Source of the DNA: Saprolegnia diclina VS20
Lineage: Eukaryota
Direction: 5' to 3'
Assembly: GCF_000281045.1 (NCBI RefSeq)
Contig: NW_008246069.1
Span: 337,955 to 401,954 of the forward strand
DNA: 64,000 nt
Part shown: one piece after another, positions 10,098 through 21,800 of the stretch
Position numbering within the stretch: the first letter of the stretch is position 1
Layout of the letters: each line of letters begins with the position of its first letter
The notes under the pieces: generated by a model
Seen by the model: only the letters and a program-made list of their open reading frames with translations
Told to the model about the DNA's origin: nothing
Database searches by the model: none
Program-made: the position numbers and the translations under genes

Positions 10098-12954
10098 ATG
10101 GCGTCGAGAACGGACGAAGCGCGCGTGGCCGAGGCGTTGGATGGCGCGATCGCCCAAGCCGTGCACGACATCCTTGACGTATGTATCTTACCTCGCATCT
10201 CCTATCGAGTACGCTTTTCTAGGAGGGCCCCGAGAGCATTGCGATATCGATGCCCAAGACATGGACCCTCGATGCGTCGAGTCGCGACTCGAGCTTCGAC
10301 ACGGCCATGACGACGAGCGAAGCCGTCGAACCGGAGCCGTCCAAGCTCCTCTTTGACTACGCGATTCTCTTCAAAATCGGGCGGAAAGGCGCTGGCGGCG
10401 TCAAAGTCCAGGACCTCCATGCGACCTACTTTGATGTCGACGTTGTCACCAAGGTGCAGGACATTTCCAAGCGACTGCTCTCTGCGGGGCTTCACGTGCG
10501 ACTCGAGACGCGCTGGAGCGACAAGAAGAAGGCACAGGCCAGTCACCTCAAAGTGCTCCTGCTCGTCTTTGCCCCCGAGTCGCTCTTGTCGCGGCTGCGC
10601 AAGAAGCTCGAAATCGAGCGCTGGATCGAGGGTGGGCGGTACGGCGAACACATCCTCAACCTCTCGACGCCGGCGCTCACGGCAGCAGACCGCCTCGTGC
10701 TCGTGGATCGCTTGCTGTACACGTCCGTGAGTGACGGCGGCGTCGGCCTCCACGACAGCAGCGAAGTCTACAAGGCATTTCCGCTGCACGACGATGCGTT
10801 CAACCGCGACGTGCTTGGCAGCTGGTTTTACGAGTGGCGCGATTATTTTCGCAACAACGACCACCATATCGAAAAGATCCGGCTGCATTTTGGGGAGAAA
10901 ACCGGCTTGTACTTCGCCTACATGGACTTTTACACGAAATGGCTCGTGCCACTAGCGCTCTGGGGCGTCGCCATCTACGTCGTCTCGGCGTTCTCACCCT
11001 CTGCCTACTTTCAGCTGCTAGCAATCACGGGCCTATTTGTCTCGACGCTTTGGGGCACCCTGTTTTTGATCTTTTGGAAGCGTCGGCGCGCGGCCATTCG
11101 GCTCAAGTGGGGTGTCGGGCAGCTCGAGCACGTCAACGTGCCAAACCGCGCGTTCCACGGCGTGCCACGTATGGACCCAGCGACCGGCGTCGTCAAGCTC
11201 TCCTACCCGATTTACAAGCGCCGCCTCAAGTACGCGGTCGGGTACCTCATCTTGCTTGCGTTCATTGCGGTCGAGACCGTTGTCACGATCGGCTTTGTCG
11301 ACTTGTACTTTTTCTTCAAGTCGGGCTGCGCCGGCGGCTGTTCGACCACCGGGTTTGAAAATTGGATCCTCGTGCTCTGCCAAGGCATTTTGCTCGGCTT
11401 GGTCGTCGACATTGTGCAGTACCAGCTCTTTCGCGTGATTGCAGTCGCACTCACCAACTGGGAGAACCACCGCACCGAGAAGCGCTACGAGAGTTCGCGC
11501 GCGCTCAAGATTTTTCTGTGGGATTTCTTTGGCATTTACTCGTGGTTTTGGGTGTGCGCGTTTGTCTACATTCCGTACGGCCAGCAGTTTAGCGACCTCT
11601 TGAACGAGTACCATATTTTGCCGTGGCCCTCGAGCTACCGCCCGGGTCTTCTCGTCCTCGGCAATATCTTTGTGACGCCGCTCGTCGTAACCCAAGGTAT
11701 GTTATAGTCTTTTCGGCACATGTCTCATTTTGCTATGACAATGCATAGCACTCAAAATCGTGTTTGAGAAAATGATTCCCTACTACCTCTTGCGCGGCGC
11801 CAAAAAAGCCATGGGCGCCAAAGACAACTATGACGTGTACCACCACGCCGTGTCGCAGGACTTTGGCAACGTGCCCAACCGCGAGCTCTCGGTCAAGGGA
11901 CCAAGCATCGCGTCGCCGCGCGTCACGGACCTTCTCGTCGCGGGGCTGCGCACGGTCGGGCGCAAACTCTCGACCAGTCCGCGCAAAGAGCGCTCGAAAT
12001 CGAGTGCCGAGCTCGGCATGGACGAGGACAAGCCCCAGAAAGGGCGGCACCTCATCGCTGGGCTCAAGGTGCCCGGTCCGCAGACGCAGGCGTTCCTCGA
12101 GCAGCGCAAACGGTTCGTGGACCGCGTCCTCGAGCAAGGCCGCCAGGTCCGTCTCCTCGCATTGTCTAGGGGTAGGGTCTGAGAGTGAGACAATTAGTCG
12201 CCGCACGACAACTTTGCCGATTATGCCGACACGTGCGTGCAATTCGGCTACGTGTCGCAGTTTACGTGCATTTGGCCGTTCATTCCGCTCTGCGCCGTCG
12301 TCAACAACCTCTTTGAAGTGCGGTCGTCGGCGTTTCAGGTCCATTTTCCTCCTGGTCTACTCTAGCCTATTCAATGTATCCATCTCGAGTAGCTGGCGTA
12401 TACGTCGGCGCGCCGTGTGCCCCAGCGCACGAGTTCGATCGGGTCGTGGAACCTCTTTCTGAAATTCAACAACATGTGGGCGATCTTCATCAACATCGCG
12501 CTCGTCTGCTACGCAAGTGGGCTCCTCGAGTCGTTCTATCCCAACTGCAATGTCGCGCTCGGTCAAGTCGGGTACGGCGACCACCTCCCACCGCTCGTGC
12601 CCAACTTTACGTGCCTCGCGGACGCCGACCGGTTCCGAATCTTTTTGATTCTCGAGGTATGGACAACTTGTCTTCACTCGGTGTTTGGATGCAAGTGTGT
12701 AGCATACGTGCGTGATGGTGTACGCGGCCTTGTACCTCGTCATTCCGTCCTTGCCGTCGGATGTCAAGCGCGTCATGCGCAAGAAGGACAAGGAAATCAA
12801 GGAACACTTTGTGTCCCAACTGCAAGTCGCGGTGCCGCATGCGTTTGTTCCGGCGTCGCAGGTCCACGCGCGCAGCTTTGCGCTCACGTCCGAACTCAAA
12901 ACCATTTTGTGCCGTGTCGACAAGGCACTGCGCACGCGCCACTTGGCGGGGTGA
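10098..12954 (+). CDS. Anoctamin / TMEM16 family channel-scramblase; about 6 exons
   Basis: Motifs FPLHD, IRLHFGEKTGLYFAYMDFYT, FWKRR, LTNWENHRTE, DYADTCVQFGY, NNLFEVRS, PQRTSSIGSW. Exon 1 (MASRTDEARV..) is joined by an intron at about 10179-10222. Confidence 0.9.
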
Positions 12955-13064
12955 CCAACACGACTCGACTCGAAACATTGATACTTTGATACACGCCACT
13001 CGGAACGAAGAGACTGCACAGAATACAATTTCTTTTTTATTTCAAAGCGAATCGAAGGGAAGGC

Positions 13065-16024
13065 TCAGAGGTGGTAGCGCTTGTGCAGTCCGTCGCCGGG
13101 CGATTCGAGGCTGCTGTTGACGTCGACGGGGACGCTGTCTTCGTCGTGGACACCGATGCTGAGGATTTCCGCCATCTTGAGGCAGAACCGGTCCTTGTAC
13201 GCAGTCGGCGGCACGGCCGAGAGACCATCCGGGTCCTTTCGGAGGGCGTGGAGCTTGAACCCGCGCTCGAGCTTCTTGTCAAAGTTCCAGAGCTGCAAAA
13301 TATCGATAATGCCAAAGTAATAGCACGCGGGCCCGACCACAGTGTTGGCGCGACGTGTGCCTACGTCGTCCATATGACACACAACCCAAGTACGTCGTCG
13401 CCATACCGTTGAAGAGGTGGGGAAGGCCCTCCGAGAGCAGCGCGTCCTCGTCTTCGGTGCCCGTTGGATCCCGCATCTTGGCGACACTGCCGTCCCGCGC
13501 CTTCATCTTGATGTTGTTGTTGAGCAAAAGGCTCTTGGAGTTTTCGGCTTCTTCGAGCTCGAGCTCCATGTCGTCTGTGACCCGGTACTCGACGTTGTGG
13601 ACACCCATGAGCAGCGAGTAGTCCATGATGCCATGGCTCGCTAGGAACGAAGCATCCTTGCAAATGTGCGCGTAGAGCTCTTCGGCTTCGACCTCGTTGA
13701 GCCGGACCTTCTGCGTCAAGTCGTTGTCCTTCAGGATTACGTTTGGCTCGTGGTTGCCGCCAACGCGGAGAGGGCACGCGTTCGACTCGGCGTCCGCGAC
13801 GCCAAAGATGAACTTGCCGTTGCAGTGCCGGCACGTGACGCTCTTGCCTTTCGTCGGCTGCTTGGCCGACCGGTTGACCCAGCTGCCCTTGATGTCGTAG
13901 CGCCGGTGGATCGTCTTGGAGTTGTCGCAAAACAAGTTGGCCATGACGACAAAGTAGAACGTGCTGCCATAGAGCTGCACCGAGTGGCAGCCGTAAAACC
14001 GCGTGAGGAGCGAGTCCGGGTGCGAGAGGAGGTAGCTGCCGTACTCGGGCGCGATCGCCTGCAGAAACGACGCTTCGCCCGGGCTCATGCTCTTGACAAT
14101 GAGCTGCTGGTCCTGCGAGAAAAACATAAACGCGCCGCTTGCGCCTTCGCTGAGCCGCTCCTTGGTCGTCTTGCTCAGACTCTGCACGTACGCCTCGGTC
14201 GAGACGCCAAAGTGGTGCCGAATCGCGTGGAACACGTGCGGGCAAAAGTCGGTAAAGATCGTTGTCGACGTCGGCGCGTCAAGGGTCGTTTGGCCTTGCG
14301 GCAGCAGTCGCAGTTGGTTGACGGTCGCATTGTCCGGGAGCGTCACGATCTCTTTGGCCGCTTGGATGATGCCGGTCGTTGTGTAGTAGAGCACTTCACA
14401 GCGCAGCGCCAGATTCACTTGCGGGCTCAAGTCGACGTCGACCGGAAGGCCCTTCTTCGAGTTGGGCGCGTTCCCGACGAGGAGACCGTCGCTAGGCAAT
14501 AAAGTGAGTGCGGCCACGAGAGGAGAGGAGAGTGTACCCGAATGAGAGCTCGTTAATCTGGAACCAGACGATAAAGTCAAAGTACCCCTTGCACGTGATG
14601 AAGAACATCATGACTTGGGTCAGCGCCGTGTACGAGTTCGGGTTGTTGACGAGGCCCAGCACAAGGTACGGCACGTAGACGCCAAATGTGATCGCCCAGT
14701 AGATGATGATCGCGATCACGTAGCTATCCATCCGATGAGGATACGTGTTGGATAGATGGATACAATCGATCCAAGTTGTAAAACGTACACGGTGACCGAG
14801 TGCAAGACGCGGAGGCGAAGGCGGAGGGTTTCCGCAAGGCCGGCCTTGAGCCGCTTCCATGCAAACACAATGACACTAGCTCTGGTAAGCACCAGCGTCG
14901 AGAGCATCGACGTACCAGAGTGCCACGACCCAGAAAAGGATGATCCAGATGTAGAAAAATCCCCACGACCTACATCTCACAACTCAGAAATGAGTGGATA
15001 CCACGGGGCGTACGTGGTGTTGATGGCCCAGAGGAGGTTGGTCTGGCTGCTCGAGCTGCCCGTGTCCTTGTGCACGGGCTTGGCCCAGCAGTAGTTGAAC
15101 TCGGACGGTCCGGCCTTGTCGAGCGACACGAGGAGAATGCTCGTGAGCAGCGCTAGCCGCACACGCATGAGCCAATGCATTTCGAGTCGGATACGATACC
15201 AAAGCCCCAGACAAAGATGTGGTAGAAGCGAACGTTGCGCTTGAAGTCCGTGAATGGACTGCGCACGGACGTGTACATGTCGTAGGTCATGACGCAGAAC
15301 CAGCACTCGGAGCCGAGGAGGAAGAACTGCGTGAAGCCAGCAGCCACGTTGCAGCCCTTCTCGGACAGAATATCGAGCGTCTCAATGTCCGTCACGTTCT
15401 TCTGGAGGCTGAAGTTGCACCCGCCGTTGCCGCACCTACGCATCGCAGCTGAGCGTCCTCTGTCGCGATACGCGAGTCTACTTGTAGAGCTCGGTGAAGA
15501 GCAGAATGAGCACAAAGCCCACGTCGCAGAGACTCCGGTAAAAGATGAGCGGGTTCGGGTGCTTCTTCCACGACGGAAGGTGCCAATACGTGTAGATGAC
15601 GGCCGACGCCGAGACGATCGTAACCGTGCCACCGGCGAGGAGCCCGACCGAGACGCGGTACCCGAGCGCCGGGATCGCAATCGTCGCGGCGAGCGCGCAG
15701 AGGAAGAAGAGCAGCATGAGCGCCTGTATCGCAAAGTTGTTGGCCCAGTGGATCGAGTTCTCGATGCGGATCTTGGCGTGGAACCAGCCGAGGCGGTCCG
15801 TGTCCTTGCCTGGACCGGCGAGCGTGCTCGGTATGTCGCACTCAGAGTGCTGGAACGCCATGGACTTGGGCGTTGACGACGGGTTGTAGTACTGGGCGTC
15901 CCTACGCATGGCCATGAGCTCCATCGTGCACGGCCTCCTCGCTATCGTCGACGTCGTACGAGGGAGAAGAGGCCTCGGAGATGTTGTCGCGGACGTACGG
16001 CCCCTTCGTAGCTGATGCTTGCAT
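13065..16024 (-). CDS. GPCR-PIPK: 7TM receptor fused to a phosphatidylinositol phosphate kinase domain (oomycete GK/PIPK-D family); multi-exon
   Basis: TM region WKKHPNPLIFYRS..FTQFFLLGSECWF..SPFTDFK. Linker LR(x9)GI (LRCEVLYYTTTGI). PIPK motifs SEGASGAFMFFSQD, SLLTRFYG, YDIKGS, ILKDND, IMDYSLL, GIIDILQ. Start inferred at ATG 16024 with a GTACG..TAG intron at about 15902-15959. Confidence 0.9.
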
Positions 16025-16465
16025 AGAGGCGAGGGTGGCCGGCTGGACGTCGCCCCGTGACAAATGCTTGTGTACCGTAACGTGACCAAGCCTGCGCAAG
16101 ATGGTACTTTTTCTGTCACAAAACCGACGCTGTTTTCGTTTACACTTGGTGTTTGTATGAAAAACGTCGCTTAGTCGGAGAAATGCGACCGGGCTTGAAA
16201 TTTTCAGCGTTTCACGGGACGACACTGGATCTGGCGACCAGCGCAGTCCGACCGAGGGTTGCTGCCAGGACCTCGCCCGCCCCGCCGGCGCTGCATAGAC
16301 GATGCATCGCACCACGATGTAGCTGCGCCCGTCCGCTACCCGCCTCGATGGTACGTAGTGCGTGCATATGCATGGCCAAGGCACTGCAGGCGATGATACA
16401 CGCTGGCTTTATCGGCGCTTGAAGTTGCTACCAATACGGATCCTTCTGAAATTACAGCACACCTC

Positions 16466-17446
16466 TCATGCTTCGACCGGCGCGTTCCCGACACCGCGGG
16501 GCGTCTCGGACGCCTGGAACCGCACGTGACGGTAGCCCATGCGTTTGGCTTGGCGCACGCGGCTTCGAAGCGCCACGCAGGCAGCGATGACGGTCACCAG
16601 CGCGAGCGTCGAGAGCATGAGCGTCGTGTGCAACCGCTCGTCGTGCTCAATGTCGGCAAGGCTCTGTCCATGGTACTTGGCGACGATGCACTTGTCGTCA
16701 AAGTAGAGCATATGGCGGGTCGGCGGCGACGTGGACCCGTCGCGATAGGCTGCAAACTCACACTCGACCGGCTCGCCTTCTGCCGTGAAGCGGAAGTACT
16801 CAACCATATCGCTATGGATGCTGTCGTTCTGCGCCTCGTACGCCGTGAGCTCGAAGGACGCATCGTCGTACATGTGTTTGAGATGCTAACGTCGCAGTGT
16901 GAGAACGCCGATAGAGGACACGCGGAGCTTACCTCGCTGACCAAGGCGCGGATCGGGCCTTCCTCAATGCGATCGGTTGGAAGGGCAACGCGAGGAAACT
17001 GCTCGAACGTCTTGCCCGTGCAGTCGACGTGGCCGTCCGTGTCGTTCGTGCACACAAAGACGCAGTTGGCGACCGTCATGTACGGGTCGCCTGCAAACGC
17101 AGCCGAGTCGAATTGGAGCTTGAGGAGCACGTTGAGCTTGTACGTGGCGCCCGCCATGTAGTACGTCTCTTCGTACTCGTCTTCGTAGTACGGATCATCG
17201 AGCAAAATCGGGTGCTTGTACACCTACGCACTAGGATGAGTCTTCCAATCGATCGTGCTCGTCACGTACTTGGGCGCTGAGCACGGTCTTGTCGCTCACA
17301 ACCGCAAAGACGTCCGAGAGGAACCGGTCGTACGTCTTCATAAATTCATTCGTGGCCACAGCGACGAACGCATCAGACGGGTCCACCGCCACAAAGGTCG
17401 CCGCCGCCACCGAGAAGAAGGCGACAAGGCTGTGTACGAGTCGCAT
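16466..17446 (-). CDS. Type I membrane protein (signal peptide, Cys-containing ectodomain, C-terminal TM); paralog of 17650-18694; 3 exons
   Basis: Signal peptide MRLVHSLVAFFSVAAA. ORFs 17231-17572, 16594-17223 and 16466-16873 splice together. TM LMLSTLALVTVIAACVAL is followed by a basic tail. Confidence 0.8.
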
Positions 17447-17649
17447 GGCCAATTGCACAATACGCAACGTGGTGCCGCCACGCGTGTGGGACACCCTTGG
17501 CGTCCTCACAAATCGAAAGACAAGAAAAGGACAGAAGAAATGATGGCGTATCTCGAAGGTTTGTGATCGCAACGAAGATTAGAACATGGAAGCGATCGAA
17601 GATCGAACTGCAGCGGTGGCTGGTATGTTGGCGCATTGCAGAATTGCTC

Positions 17650-18694
17650 ATGCGCGCCGTAGTCGCTGGGGTGTGTCTTGCGTTGGCGGCGGCGACCGAC
17701 CGTGGGTTCGTTCCGGTTCCCGTGAATGACCCGTTTCTGGACGAGTCGGCGACCGCCTTTCTGCGCGACTATCGACTCAAGCTCACGTTCCACTTTGCCA
17801 ACGTTAGCGAAAGCCGCATCATCGGCGCCGAGGTACGGGATGACACGCCATGATTCCAAGTACGTAGCCCCATACATGGTAGGTTGCCCGGTTTCCACTG
17901 CCGGTGCTGGACGAGCTGCCAACGAGCAGCGACGCCAACGCCACGATCGACTATGTACTCGCGTCGACGTACCGTGTCAACATGCTCATGAACATCCACT
18001 TCAACTCGGAGAAATTTGGCGGCAACGAGTTTGTGACGGTCGCGAGCGCCGAGTACACGTGCTTCAACCGGACCAACGACCACGACACGTGCGAAGCCGA
18101 CTCGTTTTTAGAAAACAAGCGCGTCGCGCAGCCGATCGCGGATGTCCCAGAGTACATTCGGCCGTCCATCGACCTTGTACGACGACTCAGTTATACGAGG
18201 TGATGCTCAGCTGGATGCGGTAGGCGACGCACAACCAGTACGCGGACGAAGACCCGGTCTGGACAGCGTACGAGACGCAAGAGCTCTCGGTCGCGGGGCA
18301 CATGGACTACGTCAAGTTCATCTTGGACGGCGAGCCGGTTCCGTGCACGGCGGCCTTTCACTACGACGGCGTGAAGGCGCGCATGGTGCACCTCGACTGG
18401 TCCTGCTACTCGGCCACGTACGTCGAAACCAAGATGCGCACCATGATCCGAAACGGTCTGTCACGATGACATACCCATTCGCATGCTCACTGGCATATTG
18501 TAGGCTACATCAAACTCGTGGCGACGGCGCTGAGCATTCTCGCGCTGTTTGCGGCCATTGGTGTCTACTGCAAGCGACGTGCCGTCGGTGGCAGCCACAT
18601 TCTTCGCTTCCTCGCGCCCGCGGCACCGCCCGTGCAAGAGAAGCCCCGCCCCACGGAAGAGCCACCCAAATCGTACAGCTCGTTTCGCGTATAA
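17650..18694 (+). CDS. Type I membrane protein; paralog of 16466-17446; 4 exons
   Basis: Signal peptide MRAVVAGVCLALAAA. Shares TYxxNxLxxxxFxSxxFxGxxxxTVA, TAYExQ and GEPVxC with the neighbour. TM LVATALSILALFAAIGVYC. Stop TAA at 18692-18694. Confidence 0.8.
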
Positions 18695-18876
18695 GCTCTG
18701 AATGAAAGACGATATTGTCATCAAACCGAAAGACAAGTGGGTACATGCATCCGCCCAATGATGTCGCATGCGCGCGTTCAAACGGCCAACACACCGTGCG
18801 TCGATGCGCCTTGCGTCAGCACCACGGGCAGTCAACACAGTTGTCCAACAGAGCGAGCCAAAGTTGACATATCAGA

Positions 18877-21800
18877 CTATAGCGTGCGCATCTTGTGTAC
18901 ACTGTTGTGCAGCTCGTGAAAGAACTGCGGAAGCTCCTGCAGTGCGGTCTTGGAGGTCTTGGAGCAAGCAAAGAGGCCATCGCTGTCGTGCTCCTAGCCG
19001 CAACATTAGTCTTCAGCTCGATACACGACGAATGCACCGTGCTCGGCGAAAGGTACTTGGCCAGCGCTTGCTTTTCGAGGAGCGCCAGCATCCGCGACAC
19101 GGCGTTATCCCGCTCCATGGCCAAGGCCATAAACGGCATCTCGAGCGCAGCCGAAGGAAGCTGCGACGCCCAGTACAAGTGGTGGGCATGACTGCGCAGT
19201 GCCGGCCCGAGCTGAATGTTCACAAGACGAAAGCCGGCGTCGTCAAGAAGCCACGGAAGAATACCTCCCGCCGCGTCCACGAGCGGGCCGAGCAAGAGCA
19301 CGAGCGTCGTCTCGACCAGTGTCTTGGGTGTCATCTCGACCACGCACGAGCTCTCGTTGGCGAGCCGCCACTGCAGCGCGGGTGGGCGACGCTGTCTATG
19401 CCTCTGGATGGTACACGAATGATGGTATCAACATCAAGTACCTCGTGAGGTCGTCGTATAAGGCATCCGACAGGATGTCTCGATAGAGCAGGCCAAAATC
19501 GCTTCGAGCAGCTTCGTATGTCGCTGGCGTGTACAGTGCGTTGTGCAGTGCGTCGACGCCGTAGCCAGCGATAAGCGAGTGCCGCGCTACCCGCTTTGCG
19601 TCCTCCGGGTCGGCAGGGCCAACGAGCTCTTGGAGGCGCGCGACTGCGTGCAGTCGACGCACGGCGCACACCACCTACCCGCGCATGTGAGCATTTCCTC
19701 GCTGGATCGTGGCTCGTACGCTTGGCGCCGACGTGAGATAGGCCACGTGGCCGTCGTCGGTCGCAAAAGCACGGGCTTGGTGGGACAAGAGTGTCGTCAT
19801 GTGCACGTCCAGCAGCACAAAGCCGTCCCGAGCGAGGCGTCGGAGGAGCACGGGCAGTAGCGACGTTGGCGCGTGTGGCTTGACCAGCACGAGCGACACC
19901 AGCGGGGTCGGCTTTTCGTGCAGGAAGAACGGTAGCGCATACGGCGGGTAGCACAAATCCAACGGCGACAGCGTCGTTTGGTGCAGCTCGGAGGGCGCAA
20001 AGAGCTGGTGCACGAGTCCATGGACGATAGCCGGCGAGGTGTACAGCCAAATGTGCGGCAGGGAGGCCCCAAGGGCTTTCTTGATGCTGCCGTCGGACAG
20101 CAGTTGTCGAAGCACCACGAAGAGCAACCGCCCTTGACGACACGACGCGTCTTTGGTCAGGACGGTGGCCATGGCGGGCGATGTCGTCACGAGCTTGAGG
20201 CCGAGCAAGTGCCACGTCTCGGCGTTGGCCAAGAGGGTTCTGAGGGCAGCGCCAAGCGGGGGCAGCTCCAGCGACGCAGTACCTGCGTGTGCAAACACCT
20301 CCTACAAACGGTTGGCGTGGAATTCATGAAACACAAAGAGCACGTACCGGAGGAAGTACTGCCAGCAACGTCTGCTCTCGGTGGTAGTCGGCCACGAGCG
20401 GTGGCGGCGTTGGTTTTGGCAACGGCAGCGTCAACTTGGTCGCATACGCGGCCACCTCGTCTGGTGAAACCAGCACCGGTACATCGAGACCCGTACTTTC
20501 GTGCAGTGTTTGCTGCAAGCTTGGTGCATGGATCGCTCCGTGCTCCTAACATCGCTCGACCGTCGACCGTCAACACGTGAAGTCCAGAGCCAAGTACCTT
20601 GAAGGCCACCACGGTGACGCAGCCAGCACCGCATCGATGGAGCCCTGTGAGCGTGTAGCCGCACCGAGCGACCGCATCTATGGCTGCACCCAGCGATGAC
20701 GGCGGCAGCGTCAACGGCCACGTCACCGCCACGCGCGTCTCGGGCATGAGCACGATCGAATTGAGCGGTCGGGGGCGGGGTAAATGCGTTGGGAGCGGCG
20801 TCGCATGCGTCGTTACGACACGACCGCCCAGCCAATGCACAACATCGCGCTTTGCCTGGAGAGCGCCGTGGGAGACGTACACGTCATGGCGATACGGGAA
20901 CGCTGCGTCACGAAGCGTGGCCACCGCAGTGTGACCGCGCAGTGCCAGCACGAGATGCACTTTGGCGGCGGCGACGTCCGACGGCACGGCCAAGTTGGAC
21001 TCGAAACGCGCGTCAAAGCAGAGCTTGCAGCCGACAACGTCGACATCTGGCAGCGCGAAAAAGTCGACGAGGCCCCGGAACGCTGGTCCGGCGAGCACGG
21101 CGACAGTCGTCTCGGGAGCAATGCGTGGCGTGTCGTCGTCGCAAAGCGCGAAGGAATACACTTGAAAGGCGGGGAGCCGTGTGAAGAGGTGGATCGGATG
21201 CGCCGTCGTAGTCGGCAAGACGATGTCCCAGCACGCTGCCAAGCACTCCTTGGTACCCGGCACCTAGCACACTCTTGCAGTTCCAAGTTGATGAGGAGGA
21301 GCGTACCGGTGACGCGGTGATCGTCGCGAGGTCTGGCGTCGAGATGGCAACGTACAGCACGCGACGCGCTTTCGCCTGCCCTGGCCTTGGCGACAGGAAG
21401 GAAAGCGTGCTTGGAGGGTCCGAGGCCACTGTTTTCACAAGCCCCAAGAGCGCTGTGGACGGAAACATCGACTCGAGCTGGAGCAAGTGCGATAGCATCG
21501 GCGCAAATAGCGCATCATGGGTCTCGAGGCCGCAGACAAGGACGTGCACATTGTCCAAGGCAATGCTGTCGTCGCTCTGGGACGCGTACGCGAAGAAAGC
21601 TTCCCAGTAGGGTGGCGGTAGCATCGGAATGAACGCGCCGTGCGAGAGCTGGCGGTGGTAGAGTGGCTCGCACAGGTCGCTGGCCGCAATGCTCTCTTCA
21701 ATGCGACGCTTGACGTCCAATGTACTCGGCCCCGCAAGTGTACGGGGCGCCTCTCTCGGAACGGTGGCGGCAGGTGCGACGGCCACGGTCGCTGGTACGT

